A stretch of 64,000 nucleotides of DNA from Octopus sinensis (Eukaryota). Under the pieces are notes generated by a model. That model ran no database searches. It was given only the letters and a program-made list of their open reading frames with translations, and was not told the origin of the DNA. The stretch is taken from assembly GCF_006345805.1 (NCBI RefSeq), contig NC_043009.1:35340001-35404000 (forward strand). Reading direction: 5' to 3'. The position numbers and the translations under genes were made by a program. Shown here piece after piece: positions 38,895-50,539 of the stretch (its first letter is position 1; each line of letters starts with the position of its first letter).

Positions 38895-39200
38895 CTCAGA
38901 AATTAGGAAAGTTCGTTTGTCAGGGTTGTATTCTTTCCCTATGCCTCTTCAACATCTACGCTGAGTGGATAAAGCGAGAAGAAATACAGGAAGTTTTGAC
39001 ATTAAAATACGTAGTTTGCATATACGTAATCTAAGGTATGAAGACGATACTGCTCTACTGGCCAAGACTGAAGCCGGACTAAAAGAAATGATAAAGAGAA
39101 TCGAGAAAGTATCAAAAACGCATGATCTTTATCTCAGCCATAAGAAAAAAATCATGGTAGTAGGAAAAGAGAATGTACGGAAAATACTGTATCAGAAAAT
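38895..39200 (+). mobile_element. RTE-clade RT fragment
   Basis: QGCILSLCLFNIYAE...IRNLRYEDDTALLAKTEAGLKEMI. Confidence 0.8.
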
Positions 39201-39836
39201 CATGATTTCTAAGAAAGATTGAAAACTAGATTTGATATAAGGAGCAATTGATTGTATTGACCTTAATACTTCATTGGTATTACTTTTATCGACCTAAAAC
39301 GCGCGATAGCGGTGGAACGACACTGAATTTGATGCAAAGAATACAAGGCACTTTCTGGCTCTTGTAAAACTAATAACACCTCAGCGAATCGACACACGCA
39401 AGTTTGTTCGAGTGTGTGGGTGTGGAGTGGGTGTAGATGTGAGAGAGACAGGGAGAGAAAGGGACAGTGTGTTAAGTAGAACATATTCCTAGTCTACAAA
39501 ATTTTATGAAAATACAATTTTTCAGACAAATTTCATAGCTAATATAGAGGCGAGATAATTTATTATAAAGAACCAATGGAAGAAGACGAACATTGTTAAA
39601 CTTTAAGATATTTTAGCTTGATGACATTTCTAGAAAACGTTGTTTTGTTTCCATTATTTCTCATTATTTAACTTATTAAAGTTTGAAGAAACTTTGGTAT
39701 TTAATCAAGAATGCTTCATTTAAATGTGATAAACATTGCACCTTTTCCATTCACTCATTATTAAGGGACAAAACACGCGAACACATGTGTGTATATTATC
39801 GATTTGCTTATGTAATATGTGGATTTATATCAGCGT

Positions 39837-39980
39837 AGGCAGTCTGTGTGGTAAAAATCTTGCTTGCCAATGTCATGACACGAGTTCAGTCGTGCTGCCT
39901 GTATTCTACTGTAAGCTCAGACAAACCAAAGCCTTGTCAGTAGTTTTACTAGATGGAAATTGAAAGTAGACCATCGTATA
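39837..39980 (+). mobile_element. Degenerate tRNA-derived SINE (31806 family)
   Basis: CTGTGTGGTAA..CTTGCT, GAGTTCAGTC, CCAAAGCCTTGT, TAGATGGAAATTGAAA. Confidence 0.6.
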
Positions 39981-40090
39981 TATATATATAATATTAATTA
40001 GAGGCAAAACCACTATTATGCAAATCAAACAAAGAAAGACTTAATCCAATACATAAAAAATTTTATATAAATTAAATAAAATTAAGTTAT

Positions 40091-40136
40091 CCACTACAAT
40101 TGTTTCTTGTCACTTCTAAGGACATTCATCAGGGGG
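40091..40136 (-). ncRNA. Mirror copy of the hammerhead motif on the minus strand, stem I carrying a mismatch
   Basis: Left arm of the palindrome; stem I reads CCCC/GTGG. Confidence 0.55.
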
Positions 40137-40206
40137 TTTTCAGACCTTCTATTCAATTTTATATTATGAAATAATATAATATAAAATTGAATAGAAGGTC
40201 TGAAAA

Positions 40207-40252
40207 CCACCTGATGAATGTCCTTAGAAGTGACAAGAAACAATTGTAGTGG
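40207..40252 (+). ncRNA. Minimal type I hammerhead ribozyme motif
   Basis: Stem I CCAC/GTGG; core CTGATGA (40211-17); stem II TGTC/GACA; GAAA (40237-40); stem III AC-AATT-GT; cleavage triplet GTA (40246-48). Confidence 0.7.
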
Positions 40253-41408
40253 ATAACTTAATTTTATTTAATTTATATAAAATTTTTTATGTATTGGATT
40301 AAGTCTTTCTTTGTTTGATTTGCATAATAGTGGTTTTGTCTCTAATTAATATTATATAATATTTTACTATAAAATTGGAATCAATCCTAAATCTGATTTT
40401 TCCCTGTAAATTTGGATTTATTCCCTAATATTTATTATTATTATATATATATATATATATTATATATTGTTACTTAGATGGATCGGGACCTCTGTGTTTG
40501 GGTGGTGCCTTGGTTGTAGGTTGTCCATAATTGGACTATTAGCAAGTTACTCTAATTGCATACTACATCACGAAAATAGTTAAAGACATTTGAGAAATTA
40601 GTGGACTATGCACCACGCTACCAAATAACCAAACTCTTTTGAGAGAATAGTTGACTTGAACCTCGTGTGTCTATATAACATGTCTTTGGTAATAATTTAC
40701 TTTATATTATCTTTTAAACAGTTATATATTTTGCTATAATCGTAACAAGGTTTTAATAATAATAATTGCTAAGTATAGATATTCTTTTATTAGTTTCTGA
40801 TTTATTAAGGATATTTAAGTATTATCTATTAAATAACTGGTGTAAATCTAACAATAAAATATGTAAGGAAAGCGACTAATACGTATGGAGTGTTTTAATT
40901 ATTAACTTTTGGGATATGATATAGTGTAATTCACTAGAATTATATTATTAGTTAACTTAAGTTCAATCGAGTTTGTTTCGTTTTGGAAGGAACAGAATAT
41001 TAAATCTTTCACTGTTATATTAGCAACTATGGAAGAATGGTGGGAGAGTAGTGGGAATATTGTCTGTATGGACTTCAAGTTAGAAAATTTAGGAGTTATT
41101 TATAGGTTTGCTTATAGAATTATTAATTAAACGATACTGTGTTTGTACGTTGGATAAATCTAGTTTCTTTGTTGTAGTTTAATTATTAATAATAGTGTTT
41201 AATCCTTCCTAGATTTAGGATTGGATGAATGTGGTGATATCCAAGGTATGTTTGTTCTCAAACAACACTTATTTCAGTGCTGTTAAGACTGCCAGATTGA
41301 ATGGTACTGCCCAGGTGTCGAAACCATATTGATATCCGATACTGATGATGGAGGTCTGTTGGATTGTTAGTATGGCTGTTATTGTGCTGAATAGTTTTAT
41401 AAGACATC

Positions 41409-42973
41409 CTGAGAATGTGTGTCTGCCTCTCTGTCTATCTGTGTTTCCCTAAAACTTGAGAACTACACAACCAATTTCATTCAAATTTTACACATGCCTT
41501 ACTTAGGGTCCGGGAAGTGTCATCGGCAAAAAAATGTTCAACTTCTTGCCTAGAGCGAGCCCATAGCAATGTCATATCTTCTCCACTATTTCAGTATTAC
41601 GTGTTAAAAGTGAAACAAAAACATTTCTCTATTTTATGTCAGATGCTTTCACATTAATAATAAAAATTAGAGATAATAATAACAATTGAATTATATGTAG
41701 TAAGTAATAATTAAAATCAAACTAAAGTATAATATAATCGTAACATAACAAAAGTAAAAATAGCAATTGGTATAAAATTGCATCAAAGACTTGAACTTGA
41801 AAAAGTGGTTTCACATGAATAGGAATAAATTAAAAATAAAATTAGCGTGCAGAAATGGAATAGTCCAGATGGATGTGTGCGCATACCGTTTACCACGGCT
41901 TTTACATTAGATTATCTGCTAATTAGCTAGCATTAAGTATCTATATGAAGTTTGGCTGTATGTAATGTCTTTTCTCGAACAGCCGCTTCTCCTGAGTATT
42001 GTTGTTGGTATATTTCTTATACATAAAGGACTATAGCTTCAACTGCGTACTGCTTTTTGATTCACCGTAAGGTTTGTTGTTATTATTATTACTGTTTAAC
42101 TATTGTTATCATGTTTGTTAGTTCCTCGTAAGGGAAATGTTGTTGTGTTGCATTTGTTAAATAATTGTAAACTGTAACCCTCCTCCTTTAGGAGGAGGAG
42201 CTTTTGCTATTGTTTAAAAATTGAATTCTGTCCCTGTTTGGGGAAATTGACAATGTTTTCACCGTTTACACGGAAGCATTTTTGTTTGAATGCCTTCGAT
42301 AGAAGAAAGTCCAAAAATGAATTTCGCTGCAGCCGTCGGCGGGCGCGAACTCATTAAAATTAAAATGGAAGAAATCCAAACCTATTTCGGATTGATCAAC
42401 GACAAAGACGGTGAATCTAGGATAAAAGCACCAAACGAAATAAAAATTAAATTAGAGAAAAGACTATTGTCTATAAAGTATACAATGTAGAGAAAAAAAA
42501 GGAAAGCACCATCGAAAAGTGTCTTGGTGCGACTATGAAAGATATATAACCAGAGGCGGTAAATCCGCCACAACACAAGCAAGTTTCGAGTCAAGGGAGC
42601 GTGCAAGGGAGTACTCGACTCGAACCTTGCAAAGTGGAAATATTTTACTTTTACCTTTATATCTGGGACGTAGGACGTCCCGGATAAAAATTTAAAATGT
42701 CCCCCCAGCAGTAGAGGTAGGCTGGATTGTAGCCACACTTCTATACAAGAGGGAGGACAAGATACAATTGATCGAAATTGCAAGAGACGGGCCTACAATT
42801 CCGGTCTATATTTTGAGTATTGTTATCACTAGCGATATCAAGATATAACTTTGTATTTTGTATTTTATGTGTAGATGTATATATATAGATGTACATGTAA
42901 TATGTACACATATATATACACATATATACATGCACTAGCACTGTGGCCCGGCAACGACGGGTCATAATGCTAG
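41409..42973 (+). mobile_element. Non-autonomous Helitron
   Basis: 3' end CCCGGCAACGACGGG hairpin followed by ATAATGCTAG|T (CTAG 42970-73); inverted related copy at 61812-62850. Confidence 0.8.
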
Positions 42974-43071
42974 TTTATATATATATATATATATATATAA
43001 TACAAACTCAAATTAGGCAATCGACTTTTATACATAAGCATATCGTTATAAATTCGATTTCAAATGCCTAT

Positions 43072-43119
<48 letters not shown>

Positions 43120-43121
<2 letters not shown>

Positions 43122-43315
43122 TAATCCAAGCAAGAAAGCACAAAAAAGACAACAACGTGAGGACGTGGAACAAATATAGTATTATTGGACGCTCAGGAAA
43201 GAAGGAAAGAGGGGGATTCAACGTTTCGAGCGGAGCTCTTCGTCGGAAACATAGGAGAAGGAAAGATCCAGAGAAGGGAAGACAGAGGAAAAAATCACCA
43301 ACGGTACACACGAGG

Positions 43316-43318
<3 letters not shown>
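43120..43318 (-). mobile_element. PLE-derived short repeat with hammerhead-like motif (family A)
   Basis: Reverse complement of 13454-13653; motif at 43215-43251. Confidence 0.7.
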
Positions 43319-43398
<80 letters not shown>

Positions 43399-43584
43399 TA
43401 ATACATATCGACATATATCAATATTTAAAAAAATAATCTTAAAAATATAAATATATATACATGAAAATACATGTAAATAAAATCCTTGTGGGAAGTATAT
43501 GTATGAGAAATTTAAGAGCAGTTATGATTTTCAATTCAAAAAACAATAGAATTCAATGTGTTTCTTATACATACATACATATAT

Positions 43585-43641
<57 letters not shown>

Positions 43642-43809
43642 TAGAAATCTTACAAAACATGCGGATAATGAGCCCTTCAACAGGAAGTGTATCCTCCAAA
43701 ATAACATTCTTGTCATATATATATTATATATATATATAATCTAAACTGGTCGTATGCATACGTGCATATATATGTATGTATATGTTCGTATATGTAAGTA
43801 TTCGTATGT

Positions 43810-43854
<45 letters not shown>

Positions 43855-43857
<3 letters not shown>

Positions 43858-43975
43858 CTGCTCGCTTAGCCAGCGAGGTGGCGTCATTCGAAGGCTAAAC
43901 CAATGCAAACGTATTGTGACCAGCGATGTGTAACAACATCTGATGGTCTGGTCGGTCACGGTGCTCATGGTGATA
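43855..43975 (+). mobile_element. SINE-like 3' fragment (family shared with 10716)
   Basis: High similarity to 10716-10836. Confidence 0.7.
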
Positions 43976-43979
43976 TATA

Positions 43980-44023
<44 letters not shown>

Positions 44024-44627
44024 ATTTATGTGCTATCTACGTATATTCCACTGATGATGCAGAGCATCTCTTATGTAGATCCAGAAATCTGGAATTATTC
44101 CGCAATTATTTTTTGCTAGTTTATTTTGTCTCTTTGTCTTCTCTCATGCTGCTGTTTGAATATTTAAAGTCGTTTCAGAGTTAGGTTTTGGCTGCTATTT
44201 CTAGCGTGGTGGTATCTCTTAGATGCCATTAATTATAATATATATATATATATAATATATATATATATATATGGAGAGAGAGAGAGAGAAAGAAAGAGAG
44301 AGAGAGAGAGAGAGAAAAAGCGAGAGAGAGAGAAAGAGAGAGAGATAGGCAGAAAGAGACAGCTGGTCGTGCAAACACACATACACAGCCACACATTGAT
44401 TCTAGCTGCAATGAATACATTCGCTGGCATCGTGTTAACTGAATTACTGCGAAAATGTGTGTGTGTGTGAGAGAGAGAGAGAGTGAGAGAATGTGTGACA
44501 GTGTATGTTTTGGTTAGTGGTAGGAGTTATTTTGATATCCCCAGAGGAATTCTGAGACAAATTCATGCCGTGTGTCATTGTATTGTGTATCTCCTCGACA
44601 GCATTTCAGCATTTATTTTCTCATACA

Positions 44628-44669
<42 letters not shown>

Positions 44670-44839
44670 CAAACACACACACACCACACACACACACACA
44701 CAAACACACACAAAGAGAGAGATGGACAGTCACTGTATATATTGGTACATATGTGTATGTATGTTAATACATATAAACATATATATATGTGCACACACAT
44801 GTATATATGTATATATATATACATATGTATATACATATG

Positions 44840-44894
<55 letters not shown>

Positions 44895-45827
44895 GCGTGT
44901 GTGTGTGTGTGTACGTATATTATATGCATATATTTATAAGTTTTAGTCGACTTTCATAAATGAAAGCAATATCGACTCTTTTATCTAACACAGTGGCGGA
45001 AATCCTTATGTTTTCTTTGCCTTGTCTCCGCTCAAAAGGAGTATTAATGATGTGCTACCTGCCTTTAGCAACTTGTAATGAATGGCGTTAGATATTATTT
45101 CCTTATAGTCACGTTTTTGTCAGATCAATTTATCATTTGAGCAGCATAACACAATGACGTATTTTTCTGACCTCTTCAGGAACATCTTGACAACTGAATA
45201 TGCGCAATTTTTTATTTTAATCATAATGTTCACCACCAAACTTGTTTATCAATTCCAGAAACTAAACCAAAATGTCTATATAAAGCTCAATCACGCAAAC
45301 TTTTTCTTCTCTCTTTTATGTTTCCATACACATGAAGAATTGTGAAAGGAAATAACTGGATGACATCCTGTTTTCTAGTTAGTTGTATTTTTACTATTTC
45401 TGTTGGTATCAAACTTTGCACACTACGCATTTCTAAACATTTTCATTTCTAATTATGTTACTTAGCCGATGATAAATTCCTTAGAGCCTGGTTGCAGAGA
45501 TGAAAAGCGTAAAAAGAAAAACAAGTTAGTATGTGGCTCATCAATGACATTAGATGTTTACAATTGTGTAGACTATGGTTTGCTTCTTTCCTGTACAACC
45601 ATATAGGTTTGCTAGTCTTTTCATTTTTCCATTACATACAAAATACAAATATCAATTGTATTAGCGTTATCATCTCCTTTCCCATTATATTTCTTTAATA
45701 CTATCTCCCTTGTGGCCGACTCTCAACTCAGTGTTTGATTCCTCTTGTGCTTCATGTCTTCTATCAAATTATTATGGCTGTTATCGTCTTCATCAAAGTA
45801 ACAAACGTGTACTTTAAGTACGAAGAG

Positions 45828-45993
45828 CAGTGATTCCTAACCTTTTCACTACCACGGACCCCTTTTATTTAAATGAGTTACCCTCACGGACCCGAGGTTA
45901 TTGTAAGGTATGTCAGCTTAACATTTTCACGGATTCCCAGTACTACCTTGGCGGACCACCAGGCATCCGCGGATCACAGGTTGGGAACCACAG
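45828..45993. mobile_element. hAT (Charlie-like) MITE, 166 bp
   Basis: Imperfect TIRs CAGTGATTCCTAACCT / AGGTTGGGAACCACAG; degenerate 8-bp TSD ACGAAGAG / ACGTAGAA. Confidence 0.65.
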
Positions 45994-46165
45994 ACGTAGA
46001 ATAAGGGCTCTGTAACATTGATTACTTGATTGTAGATAAATACACTAATATGAAGCATAATTTCTATTTTAATAAGACAGAGATGAGTTAGCTTTAAGTC
46101 TTTGTTTATATTTCATAGAAGATTACTTCCAAAAGATAGTGTGAGAGTATGCACATGAAGTTTAT

Positions 46166-46281
46166 GCGTCCCCAAAGTCCATCCCCTCCTCTCCGTGGCG
46201 GGGACGCTGGCAACAGGTAGTGTCAGAGCTATGCCGTCGGGAACTTCGGTTCCCGGTAGGGTCACCCAAGGCGGATTGGTC
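46166..46281 (+). ncRNA. Putative HDV-like self-cleaving ribozyme at the element 5' end
   Basis: Helices in nested double-pseudoknot order: P1 46166-73/46200-07; P2 46179-86/46270-79 (bulged); P3 with L3 TCTCCGT 46187-99; GG 46209-10; C(UUCG)G hairpin in P4; CCAA 46266-69. Confidence 0.45.
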
Positions 46282-46860
46282 CGACACTAAGTGGTATTAG
46301 GGCCACAACCCGACAGACGGGGCTCTTGTGGAAATCCTCGGAGTGTCTTTTTCGGCAACCGGCGGCTCATCGGTCCCTGCGTCTGCGGACAATCTGCGGC
46401 AAACAGGATGTCACTACATGCGGGATTGTTGGCGACCGCTTGTGAAATCCATATTCCCACGATTCTTCTTCCCACCGCCAATCTCCGACTTCGCCTGTCT
46501 CTGCGGCCCCTTCCATCTGTCCTTCTGCAACGGCGCTTGCGGTGGTTTGGCCATGCATGTAGGCGTCCGGTGGGTGAACTGAGCCGTGATGTCCTTCTCC
46601 CAACTCCACTTCCAAACTGGCGGAAACACGCGGGCGGGCAACTGAAGACCTGGGCTACGACGATCAAGGAGGACCTCTCAATGCTCACGGGTCCGCAGGT
46701 GGTCAGCCTGCGCCGATGGAACCGTGACTGGCTCGCTATCTCCAGTGAACTGGCGCAGGACCGTCGTGCGTGGGCTGTCATGGTTCGAGATGCCTCGAGG
46801 GTGGTAGAAGAAGCCGACTCAACCCGCCCAGCGTGAATGTCGCCACAAGTACAAGTAAGT
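46166..46860 (+). mobile_element. Bipartite non-autonomous RTE derivative (RTE 5' UTR fused to 3' end of ORF and tail)
   Basis: TSD AAGTTTAT at 46158-65 and 46861-68. The 5' part has RTE/Bov-A-type motifs (CGTGGCG..GAGCTATGCCG..AGGGTCACCCAAG). The 3' part encodes RRLRWFGH...AQDRRAW, stop at 46836, tail CAAGTACAAGTAAGT. Confidence 0.85.
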
Positions 46861-47052
46861 AAGTTTATGATTAATATCGAGTGGCTGTAAAGATAGTCTC
46901 CTCCACTAAAACTCTACAGTATTTCACTATTTCTAATCTATTTCATGTCAGAGATTATACGGAAGGTGCAGCTCTTTTTTTTCTCTTCTGGAAAAAAACT
47001 GGATTTTAGCCGATATGAATCTTAGGGGAAGGTGGGAAGAAGAGAGATACAC

Positions 47053-47096
<44 letters not shown>

Positions 47097-47350
47097 AACA
47101 AAAACGTGCTGGATGAATATCATATTCTCTAAAATACACTCTTTGTAATAAAATTTTGCAGCGATAGGCTTTTGGTGGAACAGATTGCGACTATGTTGAT
47201 AAAAGTTTTAAACATATTAACGTATAATAGTAACATTATTATCAGTTCGAATATACTTGAGATATGTTCGAACCGGTGAATAAGCAACTCACTGCCTTAT
47301 GTCACGGAAAGTATAACCCGTTTGTTGATAAACGGTGTTTATAGACCTAA

Positions 47351-47648
47351 ATCAGCTCTAAGCGCCACCTACCTAGACCGTGAGATGCAAGCATTTCGGA
47401 GTATTTATCTCCTCTTCGGTCGCAGACACCAGACAGGCGTGCCTCAAGCATATCCGGACTGAAATTTACTTACGGTGAGCTGCCGCACAGCGTTATCTAT
47501 CGCCGTATGGTAACTGGAAAAGCATAAGAGAATTAGTCTCGTAATTTAGCTCGTAGCGCCCCCTATGTGGGGGCCGTGACCGAAGAAGAGATACCTATTC
47601 TGAATTGCTTGCACATCACGGTCTGGGTAGGTGGCACTGTAAGCTGAT
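47351..47648. mobile_element. MITE-like element with ~70-bp imperfect TIRs
   Basis: 47351-47422 (ATCAGCT..GCGCCACCTACCTAGACCGTGA...CTTCGGTCGC) is the imperfect reverse complement of 47576-47648. Confidence 0.7.
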
Positions 47649-48429
47649 ATAGCTGACAAAACGCAGTGAGTAGCTTGTTACCCAGTTCGAACGTGCCTCA
47701 AGCATATTCGGACTGATAACAGCATTACTATTTTACTTATCACTGCTTAGCGCTCCCGCTCAGTAATATTAACGTATATTAACGTATTGCTAAAACGAGG
47801 TGGTATGAAAGAGTTCCCGGTCTGGTTATGATTAATAAAAAATAAATTATTTACTTTTAGCATCATCTCCTTCGAACTGGTTTCGTTGCACAGCTATACA
47901 CCAGCCCCAACGTTCTTGTCACTTTTAGAATCCGGCCTGGAAGTCAATTTCCTTAAGCGAGTCGGAGACCTTCTGTTCTTGCTGTCGACAACGATGTTAA
48001 AACGGCAACCTTTGCGTCAAATGGCTTTTGTACATAGTAAGTATATCCCAAACATAGGTGCATATATCTAAAAGTTAATTTGTTATAATCATATGTGTGC
48101 GTGAGCATTATGACTACGGATGCATATATGTCTGTGTCTGTGTTGTGGGGGGTTATGTGTGTTGTATGTGTGCAGTGGGTGTTGTCTGTTTTGTATGTGT
48201 GTGTGTGTGTGTGTGTGAATGTCAGTGTCTATGTGTGTGCATGCGCGCCTGCATTTCTCTGACTGGACTGTCTTCAATGCACACAGTCACACAAACTGTC
48301 TCATTCAATATTTAAATCTCATTTGCCAAGATATTTTCGTCGCTTTGAGACCGCGACCTGTTCACTGACAAAATTGGAAATAGATGCGTCGAGTTCAATT
48401 AAATAATAATGAATATATATATATATTCT

Positions 48430-48560
48430 TCGCCATGATAGATCGTTAGCCGCTACACACATTTTTCCTCTCCTTTTTTTTCTGTGTCCCTTTCTGTGGA
48501 AGAGCGTAGGTTCGAAACGTAAAAGACTATTCCTGAGCGTTATACTAATACATCTGCAAA
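48430..48560 (+). mobile_element. PLE-derived short repeat with hammerhead-like motif (family B)
   Basis: TTT-CTGTGGA-A-GAGC-GTAG-GTTC-GAAA-CGTA-AAAGAC at 48491-48527; related to 15423-15590. Confidence 0.65.
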
Positions 48561-48567
48561 CTCTCCC

Positions 48568-48575
48568 TATATATA

Positions 48576-48620
<45 letters not shown>

Positions 48621-48621
48621 C

Positions 48622-48657
<36 letters not shown>

Positions 48658-48702
48658 GATAGATAGATAGATGATAGATAGATAGATGATAGATAGATAG
48701 AT

Positions 48703-48755
<53 letters not shown>

Positions 48756-49425
48756 GTAGATAGATAGATAGATAGATATACATGCATATGTGAGTACTAG
48801 ACGTCACCAAACGGTGCAAATAACATGAAACAAGTAAACAACGAGGAAAAATGGGAAAACAGGACAAGTAACCACAGAGAAAGGACGCTTCATCACTTGT
48901 CGTGTATCTATCTGCTCCCCATTTCAACGATAGTATGAGATTTCCCATAAATTTTACGAGAAAATTTAGAATTTATAGAGGGTCAAGTTGGGAAGGAAAA
49001 CATGATAGTGGAGACAAACAAAAAAACTGAGCGAAAAAAAACATGGAGTATCGATAGAGCTGAACGAGAGTAAAATAGTGAACGCTGGGAGAAACATTTT
49101 TTTTTTTGAAAACCGAACAGATAGAAAAGAGAGATAAACACGTCCGCATTTTTGAACATCCGTGCAGGAAAAATGGTCACGGGAGGATAAGATAGATGGA
49201 CGATTTGTATATATATATTTATACTTACCTATAATGTCTACAAATAAAATTATATATATTTTCCTGCTTTGTAAGGGTTATTTTACCAATATCTGTGCTG
49301 AAAACAATTATCATTTTGTTTCTATCTTACAATACATATTTCAACGCTTATAAAAAACAAATGAAAACAAATGATTGTTTATATATATATATATATATAT
49401 ATATTGAGAGAGATGGATAGATATG

Positions 49426-49482
<57 letters not shown>

Positions 49483-49493
49483 TATATATATAT

Positions 49494-49539
<46 letters not shown>

Positions 49540-49540
49540 G

Positions 49541-49575
<35 letters not shown>

Positions 49576-49585
49576 ATATACACAC
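48568..49585. repeat. (TA)n, (GATA)n (48610-48780) and (TA)n (49380-49585) microsatellites
   Basis: Directly visible. Confidence 0.9.
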
Positions 49586-50280
49586 GTATACACACATTAC
49601 TCTAAATCCCATTGAAATGAATTATAGTTTAATTATAAAATTATTACTTGCAAAATATCGTGAAAAGCCGTTAAGCCTTTCATTTAGAACACTATTTCTT
49701 TAACATAAAAATATGAAAGTAGTATATCAAGATAATACTTTCCTTACACGAAACAATAAACAAACATTAATGGAAGCATTAATAGACTTCAACAGAGACG
49801 ACTTCGTCTAGGGATTTATGATTCTTTGACAACTTCTGAAAATTCTCAACAAAGGAACTACAATAAAAGGCTCAGTTAATTCAAGAATTTGAATTTCATG
49901 GAAACTAAGATAACACGAACATTTCCTACCAACAAATATATTAAATTACAGTTTTGTAAAATAGATTAGCAGAGATCAAAGGCTCAAGAGAAGCATAAAA
50001 ACTATGAATATTAAATAGATTATTGCCACTTTAAATTAAGGAATTAAATTTTCCGCCACAGTGCCTGAAGCCTAATGGAAATGACTTGTAACCTCTCTAT
50101 TTTCATATATATATATATTTATGTACATATACAAAACATATACATATGTGTATGTACTTTATAATGAAATTACAGAAAAACAATTATAAAATCAAAATTG
50201 ATTCTGAAAGTATAACCGAATTTAAATAGATATTCTGCTATACAAGCGAACAATGTCAGTTTATTAATATTTGAATGTAT

Positions 50281-50382
50281 GAAGGCGGCGAGCTGGCAGA
50301 AATGTTAGCACGCCGGGCGGAATGCGTAGCCGTATTTCGTCTGCCGTTACGTTCTGAGTTCAAATTCCGCCGATGTTGACTT
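50281..50382 (+). mobile_element. 5' head of another tRNA-derived SINE family; degenerate inverted copy at ~51785-51950
   Basis: GAAGGCGGCGAGCTGGCAGAAATGTTAG (A box) ... GAGTTCAAATTCCGCC (B box). Confidence 0.75.
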
Positions 50383-50539
50383 ATTAAAAATGTTATTAGT
50401 GGGCTCTTTAGAAGAATGTAAAATGTGCAGTTTCTATGATACAATAAAGAAGTTTTAAGATTTCAGATTTTCCTTATAGAAAAAATTCAGTTCATTTCTA
50501 CCGAGTGAAAGCAAGGTTGTGACACTTCAGCCCGTTCCT

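Larger units (their letters stand above)
39985..40358. repeat. Near-perfect inverted repeat (arms 39985-40167 and 40176-40358; 2 mismatches in 183 bp; 8-nt loop), probably inverted PLE terminal repeat
   Basis: Base-by-base reverse-complement comparison; mismatches at 40004/40339 and 40134/40209. Confidence 0.95.

Noticed and set aside
40470-41408. Possible degenerate PLE ORF N-terminus on the minus strand next to the palindrome (ITPKFSNLKS...)
   Set aside because: Too many stops and no diagnostic motif; cannot be supported without a profile search.
46287-46836. 181-aa (+) and 164-aa (-) ORFs as genes
   Set aside because: The plus ORF is a chance fusion of RTE UTR with the RTE C-terminus and starts at GTG; the minus ORF is its GC-rich antisense shadow.
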